From Gracilinanus agilis (Eukaryota), in contig NC_058132.1 of assembly GCF_016433145.1 (NCBI RefSeq), forward strand, positions 71,458,421 to 71,522,420: a stretch of 64,000 nucleotides of DNA. Direction: 5' to 3'. Both the position numbers and the translations under genes were made by a program. The notes under the pieces are model-generated. The model saw only the letters and a list, made by a program, of their open reading frames with translations. It was not told where the DNA came from and did no database searches. Below are positions 23,301-44,000 of the stretch, piece by piece; within the stretch, counting starts at the first letter, position 1; the number at the start of each line of letters is the position of its first letter.

Positions 23301-24699
23301 TAACTAGTCTCCTCTTCTCTCAACCCTAGGACAAGTCCTCATTATGACCTAGCTGGATGATTGTAATAACACCTAGCAGGTCCCCCTGTTCTAGGCCATA
23401 TTTCACATGCAGCAAGGCCAGTCTTTCTCTTGTACATAAATGGACATGTTGCTCCACACTGAACATTTTTCATCTGATTCCTATTGCTTAATGAGTAAAG
23501 TTCAAAGTCTGGTACCTAGCATTCAAGGCATCACACTTTCAGTCTTTAACCTCTATTATCTGCCTTCACAATATCTATGTGATAGCCAAAATGGGTATTC
23601 TCTGCCTCCTTCCTCTTGTATCTTAGTCTTTCTTTGTATCCCTGTAGTAGGACACTGGCATTTGCCATTATGGCTGGCACACAAACAGATCTGTGAAATC
23701 TGTGAAAGGAGTTGTTCAAAATGATCCCCAAGTCCCTTTCAGCTCTATAGGGCAATCCTGTGAACATCACCTATACAGCCCTGCATTTTTGTGCTTTTGT
23801 CCATGCTATTTCCTATAGACAGAATGTCCTCCCTTCCTTTCCTCTGAATCCCAAAGCCATGCTTTAAAGCCCAACTCAAAAGCCATCCCATCACCCCACC
23901 CCACTGGGCTTTCCCTAATACCTAACCACAGTTCACAAAGTTTTAATATACTTATCATGTAATAATTGTGGATTTTTTTTTTTTTGTGCATCTTATCTGC
24001 TATGGGCCCTACAAGCGCAAGGAATATGTCCGTTGAAAACTTTCTCTCTCCCTTGGCCTCAGGGCCTGGCAGAGGGCTCTGCACACAGCAGGTGCATTAA
24101 CTCTGCCAAGTATATACTTCAAGGATCAGTGACTTCTCTGGGGAGAGGCTCAGATAGGCTGATCCTTGGCCCATAAACAGCCCGTTACAGGAGGGTCCTG
24201 AAAGCCTTTCCATAGCTTGTGCTCCATCAGCTCAGCCTTTTTGAGAAGCCAAGGTTACCTCCAAGCCAGAATGAGGCACCCGAGGTCTTCTTCATCAGTG
24301 GAAGAATGAGTACAGAGCAGAATGAGAATTAAAACTTATCGGTAAAGATGATAAGAACTGGAAAGTACCTTGGAAGTCGCTAAGTCCGAGCCCCTTATTT
24401 TACAGAGGAGCAAACAGCCTAGAGAAGGGAAGTGATTGGCTCAAGGTCATATGGGACCTTTTGTAGCAGAGCAGACATTTGAATCCAGGTTCTTTGATTC
24501 CAAATGTAGAGCTTCTTCCCCCACCCCTCCTGGGCCCCGCTTTTATTGCTCTCAGAAGCTGCTTTTTTTAAAAAAAGAGAGAGAGAAACGCATCTCTCTG
24601 CAGCCAAAATATAATCATTGAACTTACAGGGTGTCAAGGCTGGTGAGAACAACGGAAATCACCCGATGCAGTCTCCCACTTTTACAGAAGTGGATTGAG

Positions 24700-25930
24700 G
24701 TGCAGAGTGTGCGTGCTGGGGGGGGGGGGGCTGAGTTTCCAGAATGAAGGAGAGTGACTTTGCCAATGACAGCCAAAGTCACAGGAAATGGAGCTGAATT
24801 TTTATGTATGGGCAAAGCTGCTGAAGGCGGAACGCTATCTAGAGGAAAGGAAGGGCCCTGTGCTAACAGGGCTCCCCATTCCGCTCCCGCTCCCCTTCCC
24901 CTTCTCCTTTCCCTTCCCGGTTCCCTTCCCCTTCCCCTTCCCGGTTCCCTTCCCCTTCTCCTTTTCCTTCTCCTTCTCCTTCCCCTCAGGGCCATTCTGC
25001 CCCCAGTCCGGCCCCGTTTTTAGACTAGACTCAGAATACTCTGGGGAGGGCGCCCACGCCCTCTTCCAGAGGTTTAGACTCCGCCCCTTCCTGGAGAGAC
25101 GCCGAGCCTACGGCGCAGTTTCCTGTACTGTGTGGTCTGAGGCTCGCAGGGCTTCCCACATCCCAGCTCGTATCCCTTCCACCTGAACCTCCCGTCCCGG
25201 GAAGTCCCCCGACCCCCATTCCGTCAGTTCTAGGGGAGTTGAGGTTGAGGGTGGGGAAGTCAGGGCTTTGAAGCACCCGTCATTTGCTCTCTGGAGGCCT
25301 GAGGGAAGCTGCCCCTCCTGAATTACCTGGGGCCAGGGCATTCCCAGGGGAGGGGTAAGGGGGACCTGGCGTTCCTCAGCCGCGCCCGTCCGGGTAGCGG
25401 GGTCGGAGGGGGCGTCCCCCACTCGGGCACTGGCATCTCTATCTACCCCTACAGACCGCTGAGCTCACAATCCTAGAGGGCGGAGGGGTCCTGGGGACGG
25501 GGATCGCAGAGAGGTGAAATAACTGACTGACCTGTGGGAGAACCGGCACTTAAGACGTGCTCATTTTACCTCTCTCTCTCACTCCTTTCTTCTTTTCCCT
25601 CTCGTTCTTTTTATCTTTCTCTTTTTGGCAAGATGATGGTTTCTTGAGACGGTCTACTGGAGTCTGCCCATTTCAGAGACTCACAAACCGAGGCTACTTT
25701 TGTGGGCAGCCCTTCCCATCCCACACGTGCCTACTAGCCCCAGGAGTGCTGTAGACCTACTGCAGAGCTCCAAGTGGACAGACTTCGGGAGGTGGAAATT
25801 AAGACAAGGGACATCCCTGGACGAGTTCACAGATAAGTACCATGTAGGGTGTAGCCAAGTGACCGGGAAAAGGGAGAGAAATCCAAAGTGTTCTAGGAAA
25901 TTGATGGGGAAGACCTCGGCTAGGAGAAAT
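24700..25930. promoter_or_regulatory. Local CpG/GC-rich island-like segment, candidate TMEM269 promoter
   Basis: CpG-dense relative to its flanks; GC boxes at about 25080 and 25477; minus-strand donors at 25531 and 24628. Confidence 0.45.
24877..24985. repeat. Polypyrimidine/polypurine (TTCCCC)n low-complexity tract
   Basis: Repeated cccttccc/ccggttccc units. Confidence 0.9.
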
Positions 25931-27479
25931 AGAGCCCTTAGTTGAGCCTCGGAGGCAGAAAGATGGAGTGCATTTGAGACTGGTGGCAGCATCCAAGGAA
26001 TTATGGGAAAATTTATTTTTTTATTATGGGATTATGAGAAAGCCTCTGCCACGACCAAGGCTGTGTATTTGGAATTCAGGAGCCCTGTGAAGAGGACAGG
26101 GAAATAAATGAGGTTACTTTTCTAAATTACATTTTATCTTGTCAGCACAAGTCCACGCCACTGACCGAAATAAGTACAGTCAGGCAAAACAAATTGGGAG
26201 GCTATTGCAATCCAATAGTTTTGACAGCTGGTGATAGAGGTCCAAACTAAGATGATGACCCTGAAAGTGGAATGCAAGGGAAGGAAATGAGATGTGAACA
26301 AAGAATTTATCACACCATCATATGGCTAAAGTTTCTAGCTAGGATGAGCATTCCACCAACAGAAATAGGGAAGAAGAATGGAAGTGTGGAAGGAGAAATG
26401 ATGAAACCCTAGAATACTTTTGTTGTTACCCTCACTTACCTGCACAGTTCCATTTTCCAAATATCTTTTAAAAATCCTGAGAATGAGCCCCGTTGTTATT
26501 TGTTAAAGAGAACCTCCCTTCCCACCATATTTCCTCGGCTGCAATCATTTCTTTGTATCTTCAAAATGTCTTCTTCTGTTGTTTCCCATGTTTCTTCAGA
26601 CGATGTCCTGGAATGCAATTTTCTCCATGCCTTTCCTTTTAGATTCACAAGAATCCAGGAAAAGGTATTGGCCTCTCTTAGGTAGTACTCTTTACCTTGG
26701 AATCTATTCTGTATTTATCTTTATGTTCCTACTTTTTTTACATGCTTTCTCTGTTAGAATGTGAGTTCTTTGAGGGCAAGGATTGTGTTTTTGCCTCTTT
26801 GTATCTCCAGACTCAGCTTAGGGATTGGCTCATAGTAAACTTTTTTTTTTTTTTAACATAGTATATAAACTCTTAACAAATACTTATTTTCTGACTGGCT
26901 GGAAGCTCATCATTCCTCTATGCTGTATCTGGATACCCAAATATAATTTTCAGACACTATTTTCTTATCCAGTTGCTCATCTTCCATATGTAGAATCCTT
27001 CCTTACCTTCCTATTACTTTGTAATCTCTTCCAAAGCCTAGGGTTTATGACAAATTTTGCCTAGTTCATAAACTCCATAATGATCACTTGCAACTAAGGT
27101 ACCCATCATTTCTATTTCAATAATCAATATTCCTCCTTATTGATCAGAATTGAGGCCAGAATACAATTCTCATCTGGCTTCCTCCTTTTATAGGAAGGAA
27201 AACAGCAATAAGGAAAGCCAAGAATTTTATCAGTTACTCTACTCTCAGCAGAAAAATACCAACATAGTCAAGAGTGCCTTCTATCCAGGTTTGATGTAAT
27301 CTGACAGACTCCTTGGGAAAACTGCACCAGCTGTCTCCACTTCTCCTCTGTCTTCTAAAGCCCTACAAAATGGCAACCGACCTCATCATAAGGACCAATG
27401 ATCAAATATAATGGTCCTTTTTTCAAATTCTCATCCTTCTGGATTTATCTGCAGTATTTTACCCTACTGGTGACTTTCT

Positions 27480-28420
27480 CCTCTAGGATTCTCTCTGGGT
27501 TTTTTCATGACAGTTCTCTCCTATTTGCCCTTTGATCTATCCAACTACCTTTCAGTCTTCTTTGCTGGCTCTTCATCCACATCATTGTTCTCCTCTTCCT
27601 CCAATACCACCCAACCATGTTGGTCACCCAAATTCTGTCCTGGCCCTTGTCTTCTATTTAGTATCTGAATGATCTCATCAGCTCCCTTGTGTTTAATTAT
27701 CATCTCTATGGAAGTCAATTTCCAAACTATATATCCAGTTCTAGTCTCCCTCCAGAGCTAGTCTCTTGGATAATATGAACTGGATGTCCCAGAGGCATCT
27801 CAAATCCCACATGTCCAAAACAAAACTCATCTTTTCCTCCAAAGCCTTCCCACTTCCAAAGTTCCCTATTACTATAATAAAGGGCACCACCATCTTCCCA
27901 CACGGCTGGTGTATATCTTGGATTCAAGAGTTGGGTTAAAATCTTGCCATAGACATACTGACAATGTGACCCTGGGCAAGTCCCTTTCTGCCTGTTTCAT
28001 CTATAAAATGGTGTTAATGGCATCTGCCCCCAGAGCCATTAAGAAAATGTATTTGTAAACCACTTTGTAACCCTTCAAGGGCTAGATAACTACTATTAAT
28101 ATTGCTCAGGCTCACACCTTTGATGTCATTTGCAACTTGACACCTTTACTCCAGATATCCAATCCATTGCTGAATCTTGTACCTTCCCAACATCCTTCTT
28201 ATATATTGCTTCTCTCCACTTACAGAGCCACTATCCTACCCATCATCTCTTTCCTGGACTATTGCAACAGCCTGGTTGGGAACATTGGCCTCTTCTCATT
28301 TCAAACCATCCATTACTTCAAGGATCAAATATAATTTTAAAGTTCTTCACAACCTGGTCCTTTCCTAGCTGGGCAGTTTCCTTACATTTTATCCCTCTCC
28401 ATGTATCCCAATTCACCTAC
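27480..28420 (+). mobile_element. L2 fragments with a nested MIR-like SINE
   Basis: ggcatctcaaatcccacatgtccaaaacaaaactcatc and ctggactattgcaacagcct motifs. Confidence 0.65.
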
Positions 28421-29789
28421 ACTGACCTAGGAAGCAATTAGATGGCTTTGTGGAGAGGACTGTGCCTGGAATTAGGATGATCAGAGTTCAAATCTAGTCT
28501 CAGCCATACATTATCCTGGGTCATTTAAACTCTGCTTCAGCTGTCTTATGTGTAAAAACATCTTTTATATATATATATAATAATCTTATATATATATATA
28601 TAACAAGGTTATAGTGACAATCAAACAAGATACCTGTAAAGAGCTTAGCACAGTTTCTGGCACATAGTAAGCACTTACTGAAATGCTCATTCCCTTCCGT
28701 CCCTACTTAAGATGCCTTTGAACACAACATTCCATTGTTCATCTCCATACACATGCATTAGTTTTCTTTTATTTGGATTCATCTTGCCCCCTCACCTCCC
28801 AACTTGATTTCTCTAGCTTCCTCTATCCCCCATTCAGATTATCTTGCATTTACTCCTATGTCTTTTAGGTACCTAGTTATTTTTATGTTTTGTCCCCGAT
28901 TGGAATGGGAGCTCCTTGATGGCATACACTTAAAAAAAAAAAAAATTCCCAGAACTTAGTATAGTTCCAGGTCCATAGTAAGCACTTAATGCATACTTAT
29001 TGTGTATTGACAAACTCCTCTTCTGTCCAGCATATCTACTGTATACTTCTAAGACTATATTGCTTCTGTTCTGCCCTGCACCAACACCCTGTCATATTTC
29101 TACCCTTGGTCCCAGATTTCTTCATTTATCTTCTTTATATATAGTTAATTCCATTGGATAACTGCATTCCTTCTGAATAAAGTCAAGACTCATCCAACCA
29201 AGGGCATATTTGCTTCTTGTATTAAGATCGCCAGGTTCTCCCTATTAGCTATGGTACTTTTCAAATGTATAGACATCCAAGGCCTATCAGTTTTATAGGA
29301 TCTCAGATGTAGTTTCTTATGGATTACTGGTCCCCTCTTCTATTCTTGTAGGAACTTTCTATAGCATTAAACTTGGTAGCTATATGTTGGTAGGTTTTTT
29401 TCCTTTTCCCTTAAAGTCACTTTGAATCAGATTCAAAAGACTCCAAACAAATCCATTTGGGTCCATCATTACTAAATTTTAAGCCTTTGTCCAAAATTCC
29501 AAATCCTAACTTTTGACACCATTTTATCCCCACCCTTCCATCAACTGTAGGGATACATTTGATTGTAATGCTTATTTTAGCAGCGGGTCTTATCTTTCTT
29601 AATAATCCTAGGGGACCAAGGCTTTATCTAATCCATACCTATTCTGGAGCCCAACACATTGCTCTAGACAGCACTTAATAAACACATCTTTCTGAATGGT
29701 TCCATCCCCAAATTCTGGATAAAACATCCTAAGTTTATCACACAGGCACAGCCAGGAAAGGATTTAAGAATACCAAGTACAGGTATTCT

Positions 29790-29995
29790 TTTATTCTAAA
29801 AAGTTTTAAACCATACCTTCTCTCTTAGAATCAATAAGTATTGATTTCAAGACAGAAGAGTTCTAAGGGTTAGGCACTTGGGATTGTGACTTGCCTAGGG
29901 ACACACAGCTAAGAGGTATGAGGCCAAATTTGAACCCAGGTTCCTCCTAATTTCAGGCTGGGCCCTCTCTCCACTATTTGACCTAGCTGCCCCTC
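29790..29995 (-). mobile_element. SINE-1-type copy
   Basis: Core and tail are recognisable. Confidence 0.75.
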
Positions 29996-30317
29996 AGGTA
30001 TTCTCTTAATTCTCCCTTTTACAATACTCAGAGCAAGGAGATAGTCAGTGGCTCAGGTATGCTGTCTGAGAAGAGGGAATTCACTTCATTTCCTTAGATA
30101 CAAAATAGCTCCCCCATTCTACTATCTGCCTTGGCCCTGATTTCCCAGAAATTGAGCCTGATGAACATCTGGACTAAACTCTATTTAAAAAGTCCTTTTA
30201 GCATTCTAGGTTCTAGACCCAGAATCAACAGTAGTCACAGCACTATACCAGTGGGGTATATTGAATGAGATTCTAAGCAAGATCTATCAGACTTTGCTCA
30301 TAAGAAGTGAGCCATGT

Positions 30318-30533
30318 GGGAGGCAGCAGGGTGGCTCAGATTGAGAACCAGGCCTAGAAACAGGAGGTCGTAGCTTCAAATTTAGTCTCAGACACTTCCC
30401 AACTTTGTAACCCTGGGCAAATCACTTAACCCAACCTCCACTGCCTAGCCCTTACCACTCTTTTGCCTTGATACCAATACACAGTATTGATTCTAAGATT
30501 GAAGGTAAAGGTTAAAAAAAAAAAAAAAAAAAA
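30318..30533 (+). mobile_element. SINE-1-type copy with a long A tail
   Basis: Full length; A tail at about 30514-30533. Confidence 0.85.
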
Positions 30534-32503
30534 GAATTAAGCAGTGTGAACATCTCTTCTCCACAACTGCTTTGGCTCCCTGCTCATGCTTTCAGCCTAT
30601 CCCAGTGATGGGGAAACTATTCCCTGAGGGCCAGATGCAGGCTGTAGTTTGCCCATCACTGACCTATCCCCATGCTTCCTTCCAGCCCCAATTTGGATTC
30701 ATGTACTTTCATTTTACCAAAAGCCTCAGATGATCTTGCTAGGCTCTGGCTGGCTATGTAACTCATTGGCCAAGACAAATCAGTGGGAAAAAGCCCTAAA
30801 CCCCAAAATGAATTCAGAATTGGCAGTATATGCTATTCTCCAAAAAGTTGTAGCAGCTCTGTGGTTAAACATATCCTCGTATCTTCACAGTAAATAATGT
30901 CATAGTATAATACTTAAATATTATCTGTGTTATGCCCACACTAAATACTTAATGAATATGAAATAAATCAGGAGCTTATGGGAACTTTTGGTTAGGGATC
31001 AACCCAGGAGAATCCTATTTGCAAAACAGGTTTTTGGACAAAACAATTAGAACAGTTAGCTGAGGCAATTTACAGAAAAAATATCCTACCTTACCACTAG
31101 GCTTCTGCATATTTCAGTTTATCTGAATTATCCATATAATTGCTATTTGGCTGAAGGTAAGTGAACTGGCTCCCTACAGGAATTCCTTTGCTCTTTGTTG
31201 TCACTACTTCAAGAAGTTCAGTATAACAAATATCAAAAGCACTGGAACAAAAGTCAGGTGCCTTGGGTTGAAATCCTGGCTTTGCTACCTGTGTGACATT
31301 GAGCTAGTCACCTAACAACTAGCCTTAGTTTTCTCATGTCCATAAACAAATGAGGATGGATTAGTTGATCTCCTAACGTCCCTCCAAGGTTTCAATTCCA
31401 TAAATCCATGACTCAGAAGGTATGGTGCTCAAGTTGGGGGTTTTAGCTCACTGTAAAATAGTCAGGCTAGCTGTTCTAAATTCTATGGGGAAAACAAAAT
31501 AAATTCTATGCCAATGAAACATCAAAGTTTTCATTCCTACTGTACTGTCTCAACTTTCCCTTCTATGATATTTGGAAATAGCCAATTAAATGGACTCATA
31601 CTCCTTAGACAGATTAGCCCTGGACATTTCCCCCAAACTTGACCAACAAAAATGTAACTATCTTCGTCCAGAAGGCTGTATGGCTTCACAGAGGTATTTG
31701 GTTTTAAGTACCTCAAAGTTCAGGTATCTCAAACACTTAATAGCCATGGATCCTGGGCAAGTCACTTAATGTCTCAGTCTCCCCACATTTGTAAAAGAAT
31801 CAATGGCTTCTAAAGGTTTCTTCCAGTTCTATGTTCCTAAAACTAAAGGCAAGAAGTTAAAGGGGTGGCCACCACTCTTCTCCCCTGTACTTCTCTCAAT
31901 TTTCCAGCCAAACAAGAAGGGTTAAAAGGGAAAATCAGACTAGACAGCCCTTTAAAAAAAATGGAGTCCCTTTTCCAGTCAGCCACATTACTCTACCCGC
32001 CATTCTGCATAATACATATTCCTGAGACCCTGGATGATGCTTTTGAGTCTAAAGTTCTCTGGAACAGAGTAGAATCACTTAGAGAAACATAAAAGCCAGG
32101 CCTTTGCTTGACCCTACTCCCATTCTTAAATTTCCTGAATTAATGAAGTGCCAGTGCAGATTCCTCTTTGTATAAACAGTAGTCTGCAACCTTTTCAAGA
32201 AAGCAACAATTCTTCTCTTGCCTATATAGTCTCTAGTGCAGCTGTGGGGAGGGATTCTGTCCATCTGGGCGAGTTGTGATGTGTAATAATGGCTACTAGC
32301 CCACGTCTATTAGCTAGGGACTCCCTGAAGCAGAATGTGGAGCCCAAAATAGAGTTGATATACTTTCAATTCACACAGGCTCTCCATCCAAGGTACTTCT
32401 ATGTACATCATATCTCACTTTTCACCTCCCACAAAAGTAGGAGGTAGGGAAGCTAAGGAGACTAGAACAGCCAGACCCACATTCTATTTGACACTGTCCA
32501 TTG

Positions 32504-39588
<7,085 letters not shown>

Positions 39589-39599
39589 CTTACGGGACA

Positions 39600-40514
39600 C
39601 CACGTTCCCGGATCAACTCTAGGGACGCCAGAAGACAACGCATGCGCAGTGAAGAAGAGGTGGAGCTGCGTCCTAATGGCCGAGCTACGTAAGGGGGCGT
39701 GGCCTTGAGCTGAGGGAGCGCCTCCAGGGTCCGATAGAAGGGGCTAGGTTAGCTTCCTCCTGGAAGGAACTTGGGCTTCATTGTAGGGAAGAGTCCCTGA
39801 GAGCATCATTTAGGAAGTTTTCAGAGGCGGGGCTCTGCTCCGAAGGTACCGCCTCCATTTCAGGAAGCGGAGACGATTGGAGGGATGAACTTTTTGTTGA
39901 CCAGGGGTGGGATTCTCCCGTGGGAATGGGACAGAGTCCTGCTAGTCTGGAGGCTTACCTCTGTCCTGAAGGGCGGGGCGAAGACGTGGTTACGATCTAG
40001 GGTGGTGCGGGACTCTGCCCCTGGGAAAAGACTCCTGGAAATGGGGCTCTTGTCTGAGTACCTTCATTCTGAAGAAGAGGAACTTAGGGGTGACGAATCA
40101 GTCTAGGGCGGGGAAAGTGTAGGTGTGTGTGTGTGTGGGGAGGGTCCCTTGGTTCCACCAAGGATAATTGCCCTAGGGGCGGAGCGTAGACCTAAGGACT
40201 AGTCTCGTCCTGTGGGGGCGTGGCATTGGGGCGGAGTGTAGGTGTAGGGGCGTGGCTCACCTTCTGATGAGGTCTAAGGGCCAGGCTTCACCCTATAGGA
40301 GGGAGGGAGCCGAAGGTCTAGGGGCGGGGCTCACTCTGGGAGGTCTAAGGGAGGGAGTTCACCCTATGGGGGACGTTTTAAGGTTCTAGGGGCGGGGCTC
40401 AGCCTGCGGAGGCGAGGCATAGGTTTAGGGGGTGGGGTTAGTATTCTGGGGCGGAGCTCCAGGCGAGCAGTGGTTGGTTGCAGGCAGAAGCCTGTTAGGT
40501 TTTCCCGGCTTGCT
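39600..40514. promoter_or_regulatory. Bidirectional CpG-rich promoter of C1orf50 and P3H1
   Basis: Head-to-head ATGs at 39588 and 40515. NRF1-like CGCATGCGCA at 39639-39648, YY1-like GCCATCTT over the C1orf50 ATG (39584-39591), and roughly 11-12 GGGGCGGGG/GGGGCGTGGC-type Sp/KLF boxes. Confidence 0.85.
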
Positions 40515-41009
40515 ATGTCCTGGTACGTTCTCTTGCTGTGGTTGGCCGTGGCCTGGGCTGGGGCCGAGGCCTGGCTCTGGACTGCGGCAGACCCGACGTC
40601 CGCGACTTCTGCTGTGGCGGGGCTGGGAGCGGCCGAGGCTCCGGATGGGCTATTCGCTGCCGGCGCCGCGGCCTACGCGCGTGGAGACTGGGCAGCCGTG
40701 GTGCTGCACATGGAGCGCGCACTGCGCTCCCGGGCCGCGCTTCGCGCCCTGCGCCTACGCTGCCGCTCGCAGTGCGCCGCCCAGCATCCTTGGGAGCCCC
40801 AGCTGGGGCCGGGTGGGGTACCTGAGACCGAGGCCGGCCGGGCCGCTGCCGCCCTGCAGGACGTGCACTTCTTCGGGAGGCTGCTGCGACGCGCCGCATG
40901 CCTCCGCGGTTGCCTGGGCCCGCCGGCCGCGCACACCCTCAGTGAGGAGCTGGAGCTCGAATTTCGCAAGCGGAGCCCCTACAACTACCTGCAAGTGGCC
41001 TACTTCAAG
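40515..41009 (+). CDS. P3H1: P3H1 exon 1 coding part
   Basis: MSWYVLLLWLAV...SPYNYLQVAYFK; donor AAG|gtgcgg. Confidence 0.93.
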
Positions 41010-44000
41010 GTGCGGCTACTGGGGGCTAAGCTGGGGGCCACGGTCAGGCCGAGGGGGAAGAAATTTCCCATCCCTTAGAGGGAGCTGTTCCAAAATGAAT
41101 GAGCCAAAGGTAGTGAGGATCTGGTCACTGGAGGTCTTCAAGGAAAGGCTGTCTAACTGTTTGGGATATCGTAGAGGGGGCTACTGCTGAGATACAGGCT
41201 GAACTCGCTGTCTCCAAACTTCTTTCCTACTCTGAAGTTCTGTGGTTTTAGCTGATGGGATCCCTCGTCCCTTCCAGGGTAGTCTAGGAAACTGGTCATA
41301 TCAGAGCCTGATAGGTGTTTTGAGGATGAAACCAAGTTCGAGCCAGCCTTACGCCTTTTAAGCTTGGAGGAGCATCTTTCTTCCCAGCTCCTCCCCCAAC
41401 CCATAGATCTGGCTGAGCCGGAAACTTTCCTTCTGATGGCTTTAACGCTAGTTTGGAGTCCATGGCATAAAGTCGCTACTCTTGGTTTCAGGCCAGTACC
41501 TCCCCCTAAGTTTCTCAGCCCCATCTCTTTGCAAGCCTAGAAGAGGAGACATAAGAACACTATCTTGCAGGCCTTTTCTTGATTGGAATCCTTTTCCTAC
41601 CAACTCCAGCGCCTCCCCTTTCAGGACTTGGAATGCCACGTAGCAAACAGGGGGCCCCAGACTCCTCCTTGCTGGGGACCCTCTCAAGTTTCTCAGCAAA
41701 GTTAAAATACAGTTAGAAATTACAGAGTACTGCTACCAGTTCTATTTCTGGGCCCTTGGTATGGTTTAGTTCTTTCACTGTTTGCTCCCACAGTTTTGAC
41801 TTCACTAGACCAGCCCTTTAGGGTTAATTCAGTAGTGCCAATCCTTCACTGTAGTTCTGTAGAACATATTAGTGGTTCTATGAGGAGAGAATAAAAAAAT
41901 AGCCAAGGTTTCTGGATCTACTTAAGAGCTAGCATTACTGCTGCTATGTTTTTCCAAAGTTCACCTTCAAAAAAGGTCTTTTAACTCAGCTTACAGATAA
42001 GTCAGAAAGAATCTGAACTCAGATGTCCATCTCCCCTCAACATTTACACTGAAAAATACCTTTCTTCTCCTGCCCCACCCCCCAGTCTGATGGAGAAAAT
42101 ACAAAGCTCCTCAAGTACACAGAATTCCTCTCCAAACTCACTTCTCAAAAGCCTAATGATATAACAATACAACTATATGGAGGAAGGATAGCTGCTTCAG
42201 GAGAGAGACATTTCCACGCACAAGAAGAGAGAGGCTCAAAGAAAATCAAATAAAAATCCATCATAATAGGATAGCTTCATTTCAGTTGCTCTAATAATAA
42301 AAACCGAATTTAGGTCGCCTCTTCACTTGACCCATAAGGAAACCAAGGCTTTAAGAATTTAAGGGGTTTTTTTTCCTCCCAAGTTCACCCCATTTGTTAG
42401 AGTGCCACTGTTCCTCATAGTTCCTTTGGGCCAGGGGCTGGTCAGAGTCAGCACACATTCTTAGAATGAAAGGTCTGGGCTCTGTTTGGCTAGAAAGGGT
42501 CTGAGGATTTCTGTTTACCATCAGCTGACCTTTTGGATTATAGTTGTTCATGCTTCTTGCTGTGTCCTGTAAAAGTAAAATTTGGGAGATGTCATCTAAA
42601 AGTATATATATTTTCTATGGACATGTGGAAATTATCAAACTACATTTCCCGTGGTCCAATGGGTTTCCGGTTCCGGTTCTTTGGGCGTGGGGACACCTAC
42701 GTCTCCACACAGAGAAGAGTTTATAATCTCCTGGGTTAGGCGGGAGTGCTCTCTTGGCCAGCAGACTCGGGAGGAGATGGGAGACAATAATGGCGCAGGT
42801 GGCAGTTTTGAATTCTTACAAGCGCGTGGTCTAATAACTTTATCAGCATGGCTTTAATTAAATTACTAATTTATATTATTATATCAGCCTTTATTATTTT
42901 TTATCCTTATAGTCCCCAACATGTCAATCAATCAGTTGGTCAATAAGCATTTACTAAGGGCACCACTAAGGTAAGTGTTGAGATTCAAAGAAAGACAAAA
43001 ACACAATCCCTACTTTAGAAGTTCATAGTCTAATAGGGAAGCCAACACAAATCTACGTATTTAGCATAAATGGGATTGTTTTAACCCTTTTTATTTTTTT
43101 TTAAACCCTTATCTTCTATCTTAGAATTCATCTTGTTTATTGGTTCCTAGGTAGAAGAGCAGTAGGGGCTAGGCAATGGGGTTAAGTAACATGCCAAGAG
43201 TCATAGAGCTGGGAAGTGTATGAGGCCAGATCTGAACCCAGGACCTCCTGCTTCTAGGCCTGGCTCTTAATTCACTGGAGTTACTTAGCTGCCTCCAAGG
43301 AAGGAAACCTGGGAAGCCAAGAGGAATGAGGAGGTGAGGAAATGAGGAGAGCATCCCGAGCTTGGCCAGTAATTGAGTGGATGCAGGTCAGAGTGTCCTA
43401 TGCATTTACAGGCTCACAGTATTTGATGGTACAATGGGTCAGGGAAGAAATCTTAGCAGACTTGGAAGGTAGGAAGAGTCAAAGTGTAAAGGGCTTCAAA
43501 TGCTGAGCAGAGCCCATATTCAACTCTGATGGCCAGAGGCAACCACTGGCATTTAAACAAGAAGTGACCTGCACAGACCTGTGCTCTTTGGCAGTCTAGG
43601 GGCTTGGAGGCAGGAAGTACCATCAGAAAGGAGGCTATCCAACTGACACAGACTTGAGAACTTCTTCCCTTTACTTCACTTCCAGATTAATAAACTGGAG
43701 AAAGCCGTAGCAGCTGCACACACCTTCTTTGTGGGGAACCCAGAACACTTAGAGATGCGACAGAACTTGGACTATTACCAGACAATGTCTGGAGTCAAGG
43801 AGGAGGACTTCAAGGACCTTGAGGCCAAACCCCACATGGTGAAACAAGGCTTCCAAGCCTTCCTTTCCCTGTGCCCTTTCTGTCCTGCCCACCTCTGTCA
43901 ACAGGGAAGGCCCACTACTCCTGAGAAGGTCTAAAGAACACGTGGTCTTCCTAAAATCCTTGTGCAGTTTTAAATTTGGAGATCTTCCCTTTTAGTTGCA

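Noticed and set aside
24624-25186. Arg/Gly-rich and Pro/Phe-rich ORFs of 123-132 aa
   Set aside because: They are translations of the (TTCCCC)n tract, with no homology and no splice support.
40432-41190. 252-aa alternative-frame ORF over P3H1 exon 1
   Set aside because: It starts at a GTG, is a GC-rich overlap frame, and has no recognisable protein.
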